NCBI RefSeq assembly: GCF_021028975.2 | Contig: NC_059429.1 | Location: 74,028,001 to 74,092,000, forward strand | Origin: Sphaerodactylus townsendi | Taxonomy: Eukaryota | Direction: 5' to 3' | DNA length: 64,000 bases | Shown here: positions 50,842-64,000 of the stretch, piece by piece | How positions within the stretch are numbered: the first letter of the stretch is position 1 | Layout: every line of letters begins with the position of its first letter | Notes under the pieces: generated by a model | Seen by the model: the letters and a program-made list of their open reading frames with translations, nothing else | Database searches by the model: none | Told to the model about the DNA's origin: nothing | Position numbers and translations under genes: made by a program

Positions 50842-51499
50842 ATAAATTCTTACTGGAATGCCAGCTAACAGGCAAACAGGGATCACCTGGTACTCTGTGA
50901 GTCTAGTATCTTGTGTACTTACATTGCTTTCGTGACCAAAGAAACTGAAGAGATGAAACCCAGCAGTCTGTCTAGGCAAGTAGCAGGAGTAAATAACAAG
51001 TAGCAGGAGTAACCTCACCTTTATGAATAAGCTTACATTAGCCCCAGTTCTGCAGCAGCAATGTGACAACTGGACAAATACACAATTGATATTGGGGTGG
51101 GGGGTGGGGGGGTGGAGCAAAAATCTTTTGCAAAATAAAAGCAGCTTGGTAAGGGAAAATGCTTACCCTTCAGAAGGAAAAAAGAAAAAGGCATGAGAAC
51201 TGGTGGATTACTTCTTTAGGGGAAGGGATAACCTTGCAATTCTCCCATTCTTTTAGGGAGTACATGAAATAAAATGCTTTTTTTAGTGCTTTAAAAAACA
51301 TTAAAGATGGGGGGGAGGCATTTTCCCTGTAATCATTATTGGTACCTTGTGTACCAACAAAGGCGATTTACCTGTAATGGAGGCACAAGCTGGAGGCAAA
51401 ATGATCTACATTCCCTGCATTCAAAAGAGCTCAAAGTGTGGGAAAACTGTCAGGAAAAGACTCAAGAGGAGCTCTGAAATGATGTAGACTCCAAGCAAG

Positions 51500-51513
51500 C
51501 CACTAGAGGGAGC
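51500..51513 (+). promoter_or_regulatory. CTCF-like motif
   Basis: CCACTAGAGGGAGC matches the CTCF core consensus. Confidence 0.45.
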
Positions 51514-51895
51514 TTCAGTACTTCAATACATGAGCCACAAGAGTTGAGCCCTCATCAACAAAACACAGACTATTTTGAAATATTTGGGTTAATGGCTTGT
51601 ACTTAAATCACATGGTAGGTCTTAGATCAGGTACTGACCTCCTTCTAGCATGTGCAGGGAGAAAGCAATACAGGTGCAAAGAATTCTTCTAGGTTGTAAA
51701 GTACCTGAACAGAGTCGGCAAGTTGCCAATACAACCGTATCACAGCGACTTGCATTGGAAGAGGCCCTGGTTAACAGAAACTTGAGGCACTGGCTAATTT
51801 CCCCACCAAAAAGTATCAACTGTGCCACTGCACTACAGGCAAGGTACAGCTACAGTCATTTCCTTATTCATGACCACAACTGGCAAGCGACTCAC

Positions 51896-52004
51896 CATGC
51901 AAATGAGACATTTATAGCGGTCCCCACGGGAGAGTTGCCTTTCTAACTCACGGACGCGAGCCTTTAGCGCTTCAAATGTCGTCACTGCTGAATCTTCTGT
52001 AATC
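51896..52004 (-). CDS. RNF220: RNF220 coding exon (ITEDSAVTTFEALKARVRELERQLSRGDRYKCLICM)
   Basis: Acceptor CTATTGTAG, donor ATG|GTGAGT; matches the RNF220 coiled-coil/RING start; upstream exons not found in the window. Confidence 0.97.
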
Positions 52005-54080
52005 CTACAATAGATGACAAGTCAAGGCTGGCCAAGTTCCTAGAAACATTTCACTGATTTCATTATGCGCCAAGTAAGCATTAGGTAGAAACACCATGAT
52101 GGCAGGTTGCATTCTGGCTCTTGGTGAAGGAACAAAAGAGAGACCCAGTCAAGAAAGCCTTAACATTTTAGCCATGAGAGGAGGCCACAGAATGAACCAC
52201 CTTCAGAAGGTTTGGAAACAGAGGCCAATGAGTAGGAATACAAAGTTCAAAGTTGTTGTTAAACGCTCAGAATTATATTGTATAAGTGATGACCTGCAAT
52301 ACTCATGGGGGCAGTTCTTTCTCCCCATTTTAATTACAACCATTTGTCTATGGGCCAGGAGCAACTACCAGCCTCTGCTGCAGGGCCCATTGCATCCCAC
52401 TCCCCCAAATAATCGCTGCTATCCTCAGGGCCATCAGGGCTCCTACCTCCCCATAAACAACTTGGGAGAGCCCAAGATCGCTCCTGGCTTCGGCCTGCTG
52501 CAGCAACTTCTCCCGTTGCCACTGCTAATGCTGTGGCAGCTATGGTTCCCTTGCCTCTTGCACCACTGCCCCAACCCTTGCTGAGCCCTGCCCACCTCCC
52601 AGCTTCTGATATTGGTTATGCTGTTGTCCCCATTGCTGACAACCCCCCCCCCCTTTGTTGACAGCTCTAGTGGCCCTAGTGCAGCTACAAGCTTCACTCC
52701 ACCACACTTCCCCCTCCACTGCCAACAAATGTCACTGGACATGGGGAGCCCTGATGCTGGGATTTCTGCAGTCCCCACCCTCACCATACCACAGCCTCTT
52801 CCAGGGCCAATGCAGGTACCTGAAACTCCCCCATCGCCGCCCAGAGGAGGTATGTGTGTTGTCTGGACATACACAGACAATGCTGGCTAGAGAAATGACA
52901 TGGGGCAGAGGTGAAGAACAACAGCAAGGGGAAAGAAGACATGTGAATGGTGCCAAAACAAGTGTGTAAGTAGGAAAGAGGATAAAGAAGAATGTAACAT
53001 GAAAAAGGATAAAGGAGTATGGAAGGCAGTCAGGAAGTGGGATAGCAAGGGGTCACCAGGGAACTCTCTGGGAAACACTGTGGCAGAGTAATGAAAAGTA
53101 ATGCAATAACAGCAGGAGATCATCAACACTCACCCTGCCTTTGCACAACTACTCTGTCAAGAGGAACAGGGGCTTGGATCATATAGCTTGCTACCACTAA
53201 GCCTTGGATGTGGCGCATGCTTTCCTCCTGCAATGGCACTTCTGTCGACACAAGAGCAATGTATTTCAAGGAGTTGAAAAGTGCATAGCATGAGAGGGAT
53301 GCAGGACCACTTCTATGACAAAGTGGAGAGCAAGAGGAAAGAAGGTGAAGGATTCAAGCCCAAAGTTTAACAGCGCTGACAGCTTTTTGGATACTACAAT
53401 AAAAATACATTCTAGTAAAAAACAGACTTTCCTGTTTGGCAAAACAAGGGAGGCAATGGAAGAGCTATGTATCTATAGCAAAGAGGGCCAGGAGAGACAA
53501 AAGCACAGTACAGCTCAGTTCACTTCTCCAAGAAAGTGAGCAGTGTCTGAATCAGCTGCATTTGTCCCTGATGCAAGTACCCAGGTCGGCTGAGAATCAT
53601 CTATAAGCATAGTAAAGAGCACTACCACCCAACAATAGTTGCAGTTCAGGGAAGAAGAGGCAGGCAATGATACAAAATGGTTTGTTTATAGGATTATAAC
53701 AGGCTGACCCTCGCTGGCCAGTTTCAGAAACTCTCACAGATGATCGTCTCTGTCCAGTAATAAACGAATGAATCAGAAGAGGAGGTTGAATAGAGGCATA
53801 AGCAATAACGCTCACTGCCTGCCTGATACAATGGGCAATCAATAGTAAGGCTGTAGATCAGGGTGCTAGTTAGCTGGAAAATTACTGCATTGCTGTGTGC
53901 GTCACGCTGGAGGGATCTTGGACAATCAATGAGGGAGGTATTGATTTAGTTATTATCACTTCATATGCTCCAGACATTGTTAAATATACATTTATTAACA
54001 AGGATGGGGGCCATGCAGAAAGCAGGAAATGTGAGCAAGTACAACTACTCCTTCATCTGAGTCAGCAGGCCAACACACTT

Positions 54081-54247
54081 CATCCCTGCCACCTGAACAT
54101 CCCTGCCACCTTAAGACAACAAAGTAAGGACGCCCCTGCCACCAAAGTAAGGAACATCCCTGCCACCTTAAAACAACAAAGTAAGGACGCCCCTGCCACC
54201 AAAGTAAGGAACATCCCTGCCACCTTAAAACAACAAAGTAGGACGCC
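54081..54247. repeat. 57-bp minisatellite, ~2.6 copies, with 34+23-bp substructure
   Basis: AACATCCCTGCCACCTTAARACAACAAAGTAAGGACGCCCCTGCCACCAAAGTAAGG repeated. Confidence 0.9.
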
Positions 54248-54771
54248 TGTTCCTAACATCTTCTCCACTACATATATGGGAATTCTAGGAAGAGACCATC
54301 CCGCCATCTGCACTGAACATGAGCGATCAAAGAATGAGCAGTTCTGATGCCATTCTTTGCGAGTGAAGCCATTACAATAACAAAAAGGTACGAGTGACTT
54401 TGTGTTCTATTACAAGGAGAGGGGAACAAGACTGGTTTCTCCATCTAAGTGCAGCAAGAAAGAAAGCTGACAAAAATGGATCAGATGCAAAATTACGAAT
54501 ACAAAAGGGCCAACGTTTTAGCCTACGTGGTATCATATCAGGTTGTGAGGCTGATTCTAATTAAAAAAAAATTTCTCAGCACTACGGCTCCCCTCAAGTT
54601 TTCACAAGAGTGACCAGAATTAGGCAACATACACTATTTAATGAGCAGACAAGACAGAAAATGATGGATTGGGTCCCATCTGTTGACTTTCCTGTGTCTT
54701 TTGTCCTGCATGAAATGTCACACTTTTTGAGCAATCTAGATGGGACAATGGCCATAATGACCCTTCCAACA

Positions 54772-55097
54772 AGGCCAAACTAGATATGATGGTATATTAA
54801 TGCTTACCACAGGGTCACCATTTTAAAGTGGTTTAAAAATGAGGCAAGGAGCTGATCCCAAATGGGCCCACAGCCCAGCACTGGACGAGCTCTTGCCCCC
54901 CTCCCCCCGGTGCCTTTTTGAGTACTAAAATGGCCCTCACACCTTGTTTGGGCACTTGAAAGGTACACGGAGGAAGTCTGGGGTGGGGGGACCACATCAG
55001 ACTCAGGACCAGGTCCTTTAGCATTTTTAACCAACTTTAAAATGGCAGCAGCATCCCTGTGGTGGACAAGAGCACACCATTATGTCTAGTATGGCCC
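54772..55097. mobile_element. Palindromic MITE (PIF/Harbinger-like)
   Basis: GGCCAAACTAGATATGATGGT / ACCATTATGTCTAGTATGGCC ends; internal inverted CCATTTTAAAGTGGTTTAAAAATG / CATTTTTAACCAACTTTAAAATGG. Confidence 0.65.
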
Positions 55098-57824
55098 TCA
55101 GTGTTATATGTACATCCTTGGATTTGCAGAAAATTAAGTCCATACTATTTTTAAAATCCATATTCTCTCCAACACACTTCAACAAGATACAACTCTCATT
55201 CTTCCTGATGAATGGTCACACTGCACATAACATTCCATAAGTCTTGCAATCCTCCTGTTTGTATATAAATTTGTAAAATGCATTTAGCTCTGATTAAATA
55301 CACCATCAATAAAATTTCATGGGCTCATACTTGATAACCTGATCTTCCCTTCTTTTCGCGTAATCATTGTTTTAGTGTTTATGAGCAGAAGTATTTAGAC
55401 AAATTTAGGATTTGTCTCCAATTATTCACTAGTTTCTGCCCTTTCTCTTAGAAGAAAAATGGCCTCATATATGTACAGGAAGACTCAAGATAAGTACCTT
55501 TGAGCTATCTGAAATAAAAAAACTAACAAATGTAGAACAACATTCATCCTTGCAAAATTAAAGTTTAGTCAGCAACTCAAAAAACGTATGTGAACCTCTT
55601 ATGGCTCCTTACCACCTCTATTCAGTGGTGTATAATGGGCAGTCAGTTCCAGAATTTCCCAAATAAGGATATGGGTGCATGACTTTGCAACATGCATTTG
55701 AATCAATATTAATGTAACGCATTAAGGAACAGTGAAGCACAGAGATGCATATCTAGGGGCTAGCCATACATCACTTTAGTCAGATGATGTAGCAATCCCA
55801 AATACAAACATACAAAAATTACTTCAAGTACATAATCTAATGTTGCAAGACTATGATTCCAGGTTTTGACACTTGAACTGGGCACATACACTATTTAATG
55901 AGCAGCCAAGGCAGAAATGATAGATCTGCATGAACCAGTCTTACGGCCAAATCCACACAGCTCAGGTAGCACAGAACTAAAGTACAATGACAAATGCCCT
56001 ACTGATTGGCTTTTATTCCAAAAGCAAGTTTTCCCCAGCAGATGTAGGGATATCTTCCATCAATCTCCTTGGGAAGGCTAGCTTGGAATCATGTGAAGGA
56101 ATGCTGCCTCTGTTGAGGAACTGGCAAGGATGCTGATCTATTGTACTGTAAGAGGAATGTCCTCCCATTTTGATTAATGTGTGTTTTTGTAACACAAGAT
56201 ATTAAGGACACTGTTCACCTGTAATTACAGTGGGTGGCTTGTTTTGGCAATGTGCCCTAGCTCTTGGTTGCCAAGTAATGAATAATGCAGTGCTCTGTGG
56301 CCTAATTTCCATGTTCTCAGCTGAAAATTTGGAAAATGTTGCATGCAAAGGTGCGCATCTGCAAATCAGTGGCCCTTTGAGTCACAAGTGCCTCTATTTT
56401 TTACTTGCTTGAACAACTTGTTAATGCCACCAGCTGCTTGCCAAGTTTGGAGTTATCTGTTCACTAATTTAATCTTCACGCAATGCAAAAAGTATTGCGT
56501 TACCCTACTCCACAGAGGAATAGTTCTTACAGTTGCATGCTCTGTCACTGTGGCATGGAAAGGAAGCTTATTGCCACAAGCAAGCATTCTAAGCTGCATT
56601 TAGAGAGGACCTGGGTACATATTCCCCAAATAATTTCCCCAAAGAAGAATTCATTATGCTGTTTTCATGTCCCTCTCCCTCTTCTGACACACAGCTCAAG
56701 AATGTCTCTGCAGAAGCAGAGAGTGAATTCAGGAGCTGGCACTCAGCCTCTGCTGCCTCCAGGACTTGCATGACTGGCCTGCTCAAACGCAGACAGATGG
56801 CACTAACAATCAATGAAAATAGTATGAAGCCTCCCAGTCAGCACGATTAGAGGCATCTGCGGGGTTGTGGAGATCCGTTAGCCACTGGGAAGGATTTGTA
56901 ATTATTTATTTTAGAGTGAGGAAAAGCTGTCCTTGCACTAAAACGCTATATGCATAATTTGACCAGTTGTGCATATAAAGGATAACTGGGAAACAGCTCA
57001 ATCAAGCTTGGCCAGTGGCTGCTGACCAGCAGCACTTATTTTGTCCTGATATATTTCGGCCCATGGGCATGTCTTTGCCTTGCTTCAGAAGAATGCAACA
57101 CTGATATTCCTTGCCCGTGAAGACATGCCCCATATCCCTAGAAATTTATTGAAGTAAAAAAAAATACAAGCAAAAGATTCACAAAGCAGCAGAGTATTGA
57201 TACAGAGGGAAAGTGCAGCCTTGCTGATATATACCACTTTCAAGAAGTTTGAAAGGCTTCTTGAACTTTTCCTGCATTCGGGTGCTGCATATTTTTCAAA
57301 AATTAAAAGCTCCTATCTTCCACCCACCATCTTGATTCTTGTGCAGTTTTACAATCAGTGATGTCATGAACTCTACTGCATTGGAAGCACTGAATATTGC
57401 ATTTTTCCAGTGATAAATGAGTGCTGAGAAATTTCCTCACAGTTGCAAAAGTACTTCCTTAAAGACAGACATCTGGATCCCGTGCAACTGCTGAATGCCA
57501 ACTGTAAAATTAATGCAAAGATCCTCAAATCATTTGGAAAGGCTTCAAGTTGGTCTCCCACCAACACAATAAGGTAGGTAGGAAGGCTATTACAGGGTTG
57601 CTCTTTTGTGTCCCAGGAGCTGTGCATTACAGCAACCCCTGAGAAATCTTTGTTAATGAAGGTAGCCTGCTGAATTCTCAAACAGCACAGAAGAGGCTGA
57701 GGAAAATCTCCAGTTATTGGAAACAGGGTCTGAGTAGTGTCCTGCATAGCTTCTTTCCTCTCCGCAGGACTACAAAACTGTAATACTGCAAAATAATAAA
57801 AATGCTAGAAAAATCAGAATAATA

Positions 57825-58613
57825 CAGTGGTACCTCCGTTTTCATAGATAATTTGTCCAAAAGGAATCGACGAAAACCGAAATCGACGAAAACTGAGGAA
57901 CCATTTCCCATGGGAATCAATGTAAATCCAATTAATCCATTCGAGGCACTCCAAAAATGCCTCGAAGGGATTAATCGGATTCCTCAAACCCCAGCAGGGA
58001 GGAAGAGGGAGCTCCTTATTTGGGCAGTGACATCAGGGGGAGTCACTGCCCAAATAAGGAGCTCCCTCTGCCTCTCTGCTGGCTGGGGTTTGAGGAAGCC
58101 CAGCCCCGAGGCAGAGGGAGCTCCTTATTTGGGCAGTGATACCCCCTGATGTCACTGCCCAAATAAGGAGCTCCCTCTGCCTCTCTGCTGGCTGGGGTTT
58201 GAGGAAGCCCAGCCCGGAGGCAGAGGGAGCTCCTTATTTGGACAGTGATACCCCCTGATGTCACTGCCCAAATAAGGAGCTCCCTCTGCCTCTCAGCTGG
58301 CTGGGGTTTGAGGAAGCCCAGCCCAGAGGCAGAGGGAGCTCCTTATTTGGGCAGTGACACCCCCTGATGTCACTGCCCAAATAAGGAACTCCCTCTGCCT
58401 CCCGGCTGGGCTTCCTCAAACCCAGCCAGTTTTGGTTTTCGTGGACTTTTCCTCTGTTTCAGTTTTCATGAACTTTTTCTGGGCACACTTTTTCTGGGTT
58501 TGAGTACGAAAACTGAGGCAATCGACGAAAACCGAGACAAATTTCGCCCAGAAAAAGTCAACGAAAACCGAAACCGACGAAAACCGAAGTCAACGATAAC
58601 CGAGGTACCACTG
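57825..58613. mobile_element. Tc1/mariner (Tigger-like) MITE with internal minisatellite
   Basis: TA|CAGTGGTACCTC ... GAGGTACCACTG|TA; subterminal CGACGAAAACCGA repeats; 109-bp units starting at 58042, 58151, 58260 and 58369 (partial). Confidence 0.9.
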
Positions 58614-61047
58614 TACCTTTATTTTAATATCTCTGTTCTAGAAGTTACCAGATGAAAATGTGAAAGGCAAGGGACAGTTTAGAACGATGGCAGTGGCTAT
58701 TCCATTGAGCAGCTGTGTCCTGAACCAAAGGATATCAACTTTGATTTTGATATGCTGGAGTCAGTGGAGCTCAGCAACTCTATGTTGTGTTGAAACAGAG
58801 TCTGGATATTGCAGAAAAACAGAAACTTTCTAACATTGCATCTCACCAGGACCAAAGAGAAGGTGGAAACTACTCTGTCATCTATACACTTCACATTATT
58901 TTGTATTAATAATAACTGATGGTACTTTGTGACAACCACAGAAACTTCTCACAAAGAGATTTTTGAAGTTTTTACAAAGCAGTTAAAAGATTCCTGCAGA
59001 AAGACTCTTCATGTGATCATTTAATGGAGCAGAGTAAGTAAGCATCAGTTCAACTAACTGACCAGCAAACTGTTATGGGAGAAACTGAAAAAAAGAGAAA
59101 GAAAGTAAACCAAATTTCTGTTGATAAAAGCATGAAAAAAATGCATAGAAAGGATTAGAAAAAAGCAACAGCAGAAAAGTTACAAAATGTTCAGAAGCAA
59201 ACTGCATGGGCAGGAGGTTCCTGATATGGCAGGCAAAGCAAAAATACAAGTGACAACAGGGAAAGAGGCTAGAAGAACTGCCATCTTTTTCTGCTTACAT
59301 ACATAAAGAAAAAAAGTATGTGAAAGTGAACTGTCTGGCACACTTCCACCTGCTTTGGCCTCAGGCTCTTTTTGATACAACTGCATCTGCTCTCAAGATT
59401 CTCCTCTGTGACTGCAGCTCCCCTCTCTGATGCCCATGATGTTGCTGGCACTCAACTGATTGTAGATACAGTTTTGGGAGAACAGGAGACTGCAGCAGCA
59501 GAAAGGAGGCAGGAAAGTCATTGTTCATTCAGCACAGATCCATTTGGGCTGCACAGAATCCAAGCCTAGACAGTCTCTAATTCCCCAGTTGGCCCTCCTG
59601 TTCTCTTAACTTCGGCTCTCTTTATGTTTATGCTTGGGATGGGATTCCACACGTTTGTACTGTCTCCAGTAAAATGGAGTGACTTCACACATTACACAAT
59701 GCAAGGAGCATAGGACACAACAAGTGATTCATGCTTGTTGATCTCCAAGGCCCTTTTAAACCATCCAGTTGGGCTCTCTGTGCACCTCCTGGTACAGTTA
59801 GATGTACAAGCAGCCCTCATTTTGGATGTGGCATATTAGAATATGGAACCATAGGAACATCCTGAGCTGCAGAAATTAGCCCATCCTGCTAATGCTACTG
59901 TCATGTCCCAAATACCCAAATCAGAAACTGCCATCTCCAAGTACTACGTACGTTTCATGGGAACGATTAGGATCCCACAGAGATTCTCATCAATTTGACA
60001 GGTGAACAATTAAAAAACCTCAAATAGATTTTTGAAAGACTACGTAACTGGGTGATTTTCAGAAGCAACGGCCAATCTGGGGAACAGGTTTTGTTCCAGC
60101 ATAACTCAGTTCAGGTTTCTAGGGTGAAATTCAGCTCTTCAGGGGAAGCTTGTTGTGCTTCCCTAAGTTTGTTTTTCCTTCACCTGTGGGCTAACTCCAG
60201 TGTTTCACAAAGAATCATCATCCATCTAACTGAAATACCCTCTAACAGCCCATCAGCCTTGCCTTCTCTTTGAAATAGCCCAGCTGAGCACTGTGCAGTT
60301 GGTGATTTTTTCCCCCTTCTAAGATGTCTCACTCACTCCATAAGCTCAAGACTGACAGTCGAATTTCACACTGTGATAGCCCCCCATCGATTTTTTACTT
60401 GCAAGAACCAACTCCACAAATTAAAGTTAACAGCATTGAGGAAACTTTGAAATAACTGGGAAAAGCGATATAAAGATACCGGAACTGTACCCTCCTTACC
60501 AGGTTCAGCGGGCTGAGGAGGAAGTCAAGCTAAAAGGTTTAGGGCTTTTCTAGACAATTAAAACCTCCTGAAATGGGGAACATTCAAATGAAAACAGTTG
60601 CATCAAAGGTCCAGAGAATGGCAGGGTATGCCTGACTGGTATGCAGCACTAAGAGTTCAGCTATGCAGTAATAATAAAAATAAAATACATTTTAAATCCA
60701 CAGAATAGCATAGGGCATGAAGGGAGAAGATGCTTTTCTCTAGGAATGTCACCACATCATCTGCACTCTTTATTTTTAGCTTTTGCGCATTTCTGTCTGT
60801 TTTCCCCCCACTGTTATTACTTTGGCCAAAGGTCCTACAATAGTGGCCAAACCCTAAGAGTCAATTACAGGACCCTGGATCCACATGTGTTCAGAACCTG
60901 TGCATTTGAGTGGTACAGCCTAGGACTGCACTACCTCTACAATGGTATGAAAAATAATATACACCTTAAAAACACATAAAAGCAAGAGCCACGAGTAGCT
61001 GTATTCTCGTTAAGAACACAATAAGTATCTACAGGAGGACTCTCAGC

Positions 61048-61185
61048 CAGAGGCGTAGCAAGAGTAAAAAGTACCCGGTGCACTGGTGCACCCTCCGCCC
61101 CTGCCCTGGAATGCCCCTGCCACGCCCCCACAGGGGCGTGAGCCCAGTGCGTCTTGCCCCCTTCCCCCCTGGAGCTACGCCTCTG
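61048..61185. mobile_element. hAT-type MITE
   Basis: TIRs CAGAGGCGTAGC / GCTACGCCTCTG; perfect 8-bp TSD CTCTCAGC (61040-61047, 61186-61193). Confidence 0.88.
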
Positions 61186-61850
61186 CTCTCAGCCCATGTT
61201 TCTATTTTAATATCTAAATAAAGATGAGGAGCAAATAGCAGAAGGAGCTCCAGCAGAAAAGACCCTTCCTTATAAAAGATGACCCCTTGCACTGGGGGAA
61301 GATTTAATACCTAGTTGAGCACAACTGTAGAATTGCCAAGGCAATTTAACTTCATTTCTTATGATAACCTATTATCACCCCACACCCAAAATGTATCTAG
61401 AATGCACTGCTCCCAAACCACTTGGATCTATTTTTGCTAGCCTCCCCAAACCAGGTGTCTTATGTTCTCAGGTGGAAGGCTGAAGTTCCCTCCTTTAGTG
61501 GACTCATACAAAAGCCACATGCTTGGTGGGAAACAGCAGCAAACAAGAGGAAAAGCGACGAAGTCCAAGCATAATTGAAAAGGTATGTAAGATTAGTCTC
61601 TTCAGTATATTTTCCTGCTTCTATTCCTGTCTTCTAACATCTTTTTGCTGTAGAGAATGTTTAGGTTTTATGCTCAAAAGACTATTTTACAAACTTATGA
61701 TTGTAAGAATTATTCTGACTGCTTTCAGAAGAATTAGACATTTATACGGTAGAGGACAAGGACAGTGGCTGCCATTTGTCACCAGTATGGTCGATTACAC
61801 ATGGCAAGGTTCCTGCGACTTCAAAGAGAATTGGCCAGGGGGTCTTTTAC

Positions 61851-61995
61851 CCCTTCCGCACATGCAGAATAATGCACTTTCAATCCACTTTTACAATTGT
61901 TTGCAAGCGGATTTTGCTATTTCGCACAACAAAATCCAGATGCAAAGTGCACTGAAAGTGGATTGAAAGTGCATTATTCTGCTTGTACGGAAAGG
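61851..61995. mobile_element. Palindromic MITE (PIF/Harbinger-like)
   Basis: TTCCGCACATGCAGAATAATGCACTTTCAATCCACTTT pairs with AAAGTGGATTGAAAGTGCATTATTCTGCTTGTACGGAA. Confidence 0.8.
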
Positions 61996-64000
61996 ATCTT
62001 TGTTTCAGGGCATTTTCAATATTATTATCCACCACCCTGTTTGCAGTGGGACTGGCATTACCTATCAGCTGCCTTTTTGTTTGTGTCTGGGGGAGGGGGG
62101 GGAATGTTTTACCTGTTCACTGCATGCTTTAATTTTTAATATAATTTTTGATTTTTATCTTTAATCTTATCAATCAATTGATAGATCAATATATCAACAT
62201 AAAAAGACGAACTGTTAAGGAAAAGTCTTGAATACGGCACCGGTATACTTTGCCCAAACACTGATTGTCTTTTATGACAGAAAGTGAGGGGGGAGTAATG
62301 ACAGCATGCAAATTGCAAAAGGACAAAGTGAACTGCCATTTGCTAAACCCCTGATGTGCTGCAAACCCAAGTGTCAAGACCGACACATTCCCAGTGCGGT
62401 CTGGAATCACTGATTGCTTGTATGTAAAACTATGAGGCTGGAGATGTCCCGGTTTGTTGACCAAATGTAGGGGGAAATCAGGTGTTTGGACTGATCAACT
62501 AGTCTTACTATTTTTACACTTTTTAGTATTAGTATCATTTACCAATCAACATGGTTATTTAATTTTTTAAAAATCTGAAGATCTAAAGATATGCAGGAGC
62601 GGGGAGGCCAAGGCAATAGAAATGATACACCAGGACAAGAAGTGGGAAGTCATCAGCAACAGGGAGGAGGGGGAGGCAAGCAAAGCAGTGTGAGGGAGGG
62701 GAGGGGTAAGACTAGGCGAGCTGAATGTGCGTGGAGTAAGAGATGTGGGGCAAAACTGTGCCCACTTGCAAATCTGTCTTGCTCCGGCAGCGAAGCAAAA
62801 TTAAAATCACGTTATAAGTGGATTTGCTTGCTGTGGAAAGTGGAAAGTGGAAGTGGGGCTAGAGGAAATAGGTCCATACAAGAAATCTTGTCGCAGCAGA
62901 CATTTGCCTCCATCACACAGTGCAACTGGTCTATGAAACTTTTCCAGGAAGCAAAATCACGCACTGAATTCTAATATATGGTCGCATGAGTAGTATATAT
63001 GTAGTCTTCCTTGAAGCAAAACATTTGAGAAAGTTAGTAAATCACTTACTGTAGTCTTAAATTCTACCCTGACCCTGCAAATCCTACATATGTAACCCTG
63101 AAGGTAATATCAGTTAATAACCTCTGCTAACTGAAGTTTTGCAAACAGAGTCACATATTCAGCGGGGCAACTGGGACTTTCAGATGTAAAAAGCCATGCT
63201 TGTAATGTCATTGAATATTTATTTTTGGCATGTGTCTGTGCTTTCTGTATTTTAACCTATTAATCTCAAAGCATTTATGGAGAAGTGCATGCAGAGAACA
63301 GCTTGATGAATGATTTGTTATTAACAGCTTTTTTGCTTCCACACGGTATGCTGAATTAAAAGCACAGGAATCTGATTTCACCCTGTATAAGCTTTTGAGA
63401 ATGACCTACAAGAATATTCTGTACAAGATTTACATTCCATCTACTGCACTCTAAAAAGCATACTTTGCGGTTTTTACCAGAATGCCTCAGTAGATTTCTC
63501 TGCTTCAGCAGTGACAGAATCTTTAAAAGTAGAACACACTTTGCCTCTCAGATCAGTCCTCCCATATGAATTTTAAAGCGATGAAGCTAAAGTTCTGTAC
63601 CTAGACAGCTGCATAAATGTGTCTCGAATTAGACTTCAAATGTGGAACATTACTAGAACCTGGTTACAGCACAAATAAAAAGAGGAGGGCAGGGCACGCA
63701 GTGGGAACAGAAGCAATGGGATAGAAGCATAAGCTATGGGGAAAAGGGCAGGTACATCTCCCCAAACCAGTTCACTGGAACCTCCTCCAGCCTGACCCAG
63801 CAACAGATGCATATATCAAATCAATGATCTGTTCTATGAGTCAATATGTAAACACAGCAACTTCCCTATCATTTCAGTGGAGGAGCCACGGTGTGTGTGG
63901 AGTAGGTCACTCCCCAGAAATAACAGGGACCATCCTATGATCCCAAGATTCCTGTCTGCATTCGAGTAGATAAATTTCTGTATCGTACTGAATGTATGCA

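Noticed and set aside
52096-52969. Overlapping Pro/Gly-rich ORFs
   Set aside because: Low-complexity C-rich intronic sequence, probably repeat-derived; no recognisable domain
58042-58400. CRISPR-like repeat array
   Set aside because: Eukaryotic DNA; units are near-identical with no unique spacers and lie inside a MITE
57000-59030. Possible very old LINE ORF2 remnant around the Tigger-like MITE
   Set aside because: Only vague motif resemblance; needs a profile search
61472-61582. + strand GNSSKQEEKRRSPSIIEK followed by GTATGT, superficially like RNF220 GESSKQEAMQKTCKNSDIEK
   Set aside because: Wrong strand for RNF220, and all three frames of the apparent exon contain stops. Treated as coincidence; the true exon probably lies beyond the window.

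Overview
Vertebrate genomic DNA, almost certainly from a squamate and probably a gecko, judged from its Squam/Sauria-type SINEs, CR1, L2, BovB, Rex1, Penelope, DIRS and hAT repeats. The window holds the complete three-exon TMEM53 gene (+ strand, CDS 9855-13989, 280 aa). Its CpG-island promoter carries ETS, GC-box and RFX motifs and is probably bidirectional; by mammalian synteny the divergent partner would be ARMH1, whose coding exons I could not find here. The last three coding exons and 3' UTR of RNF220 lie on the - strand, convergent with TMEM53, and encode the C-terminal RING. The rest is intronic or intergenic, with many transposon remnants and several repeat-free, motif-dense blocks that look like conserved enhancers. 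The most notable structures are: an internally deleted DIRS1-type tyrosine-recombinase retrotransposon with recognisable ITRs and ICR in the last RNF220 intron; a Penelope fragment with a minimal hammerhead ribozyme core; a ~330-bp fold-back palindrome between duplicated L2 ends; a Tigger-like MITE carrying an array of 109-bp hairpin repeats; and nested MITE and SINE insertions. I found no convincing evidence of a wholly new gene system. Most ORFs in the supplied track are spurious. Family assignments come from remembered consensus features, not database searches.
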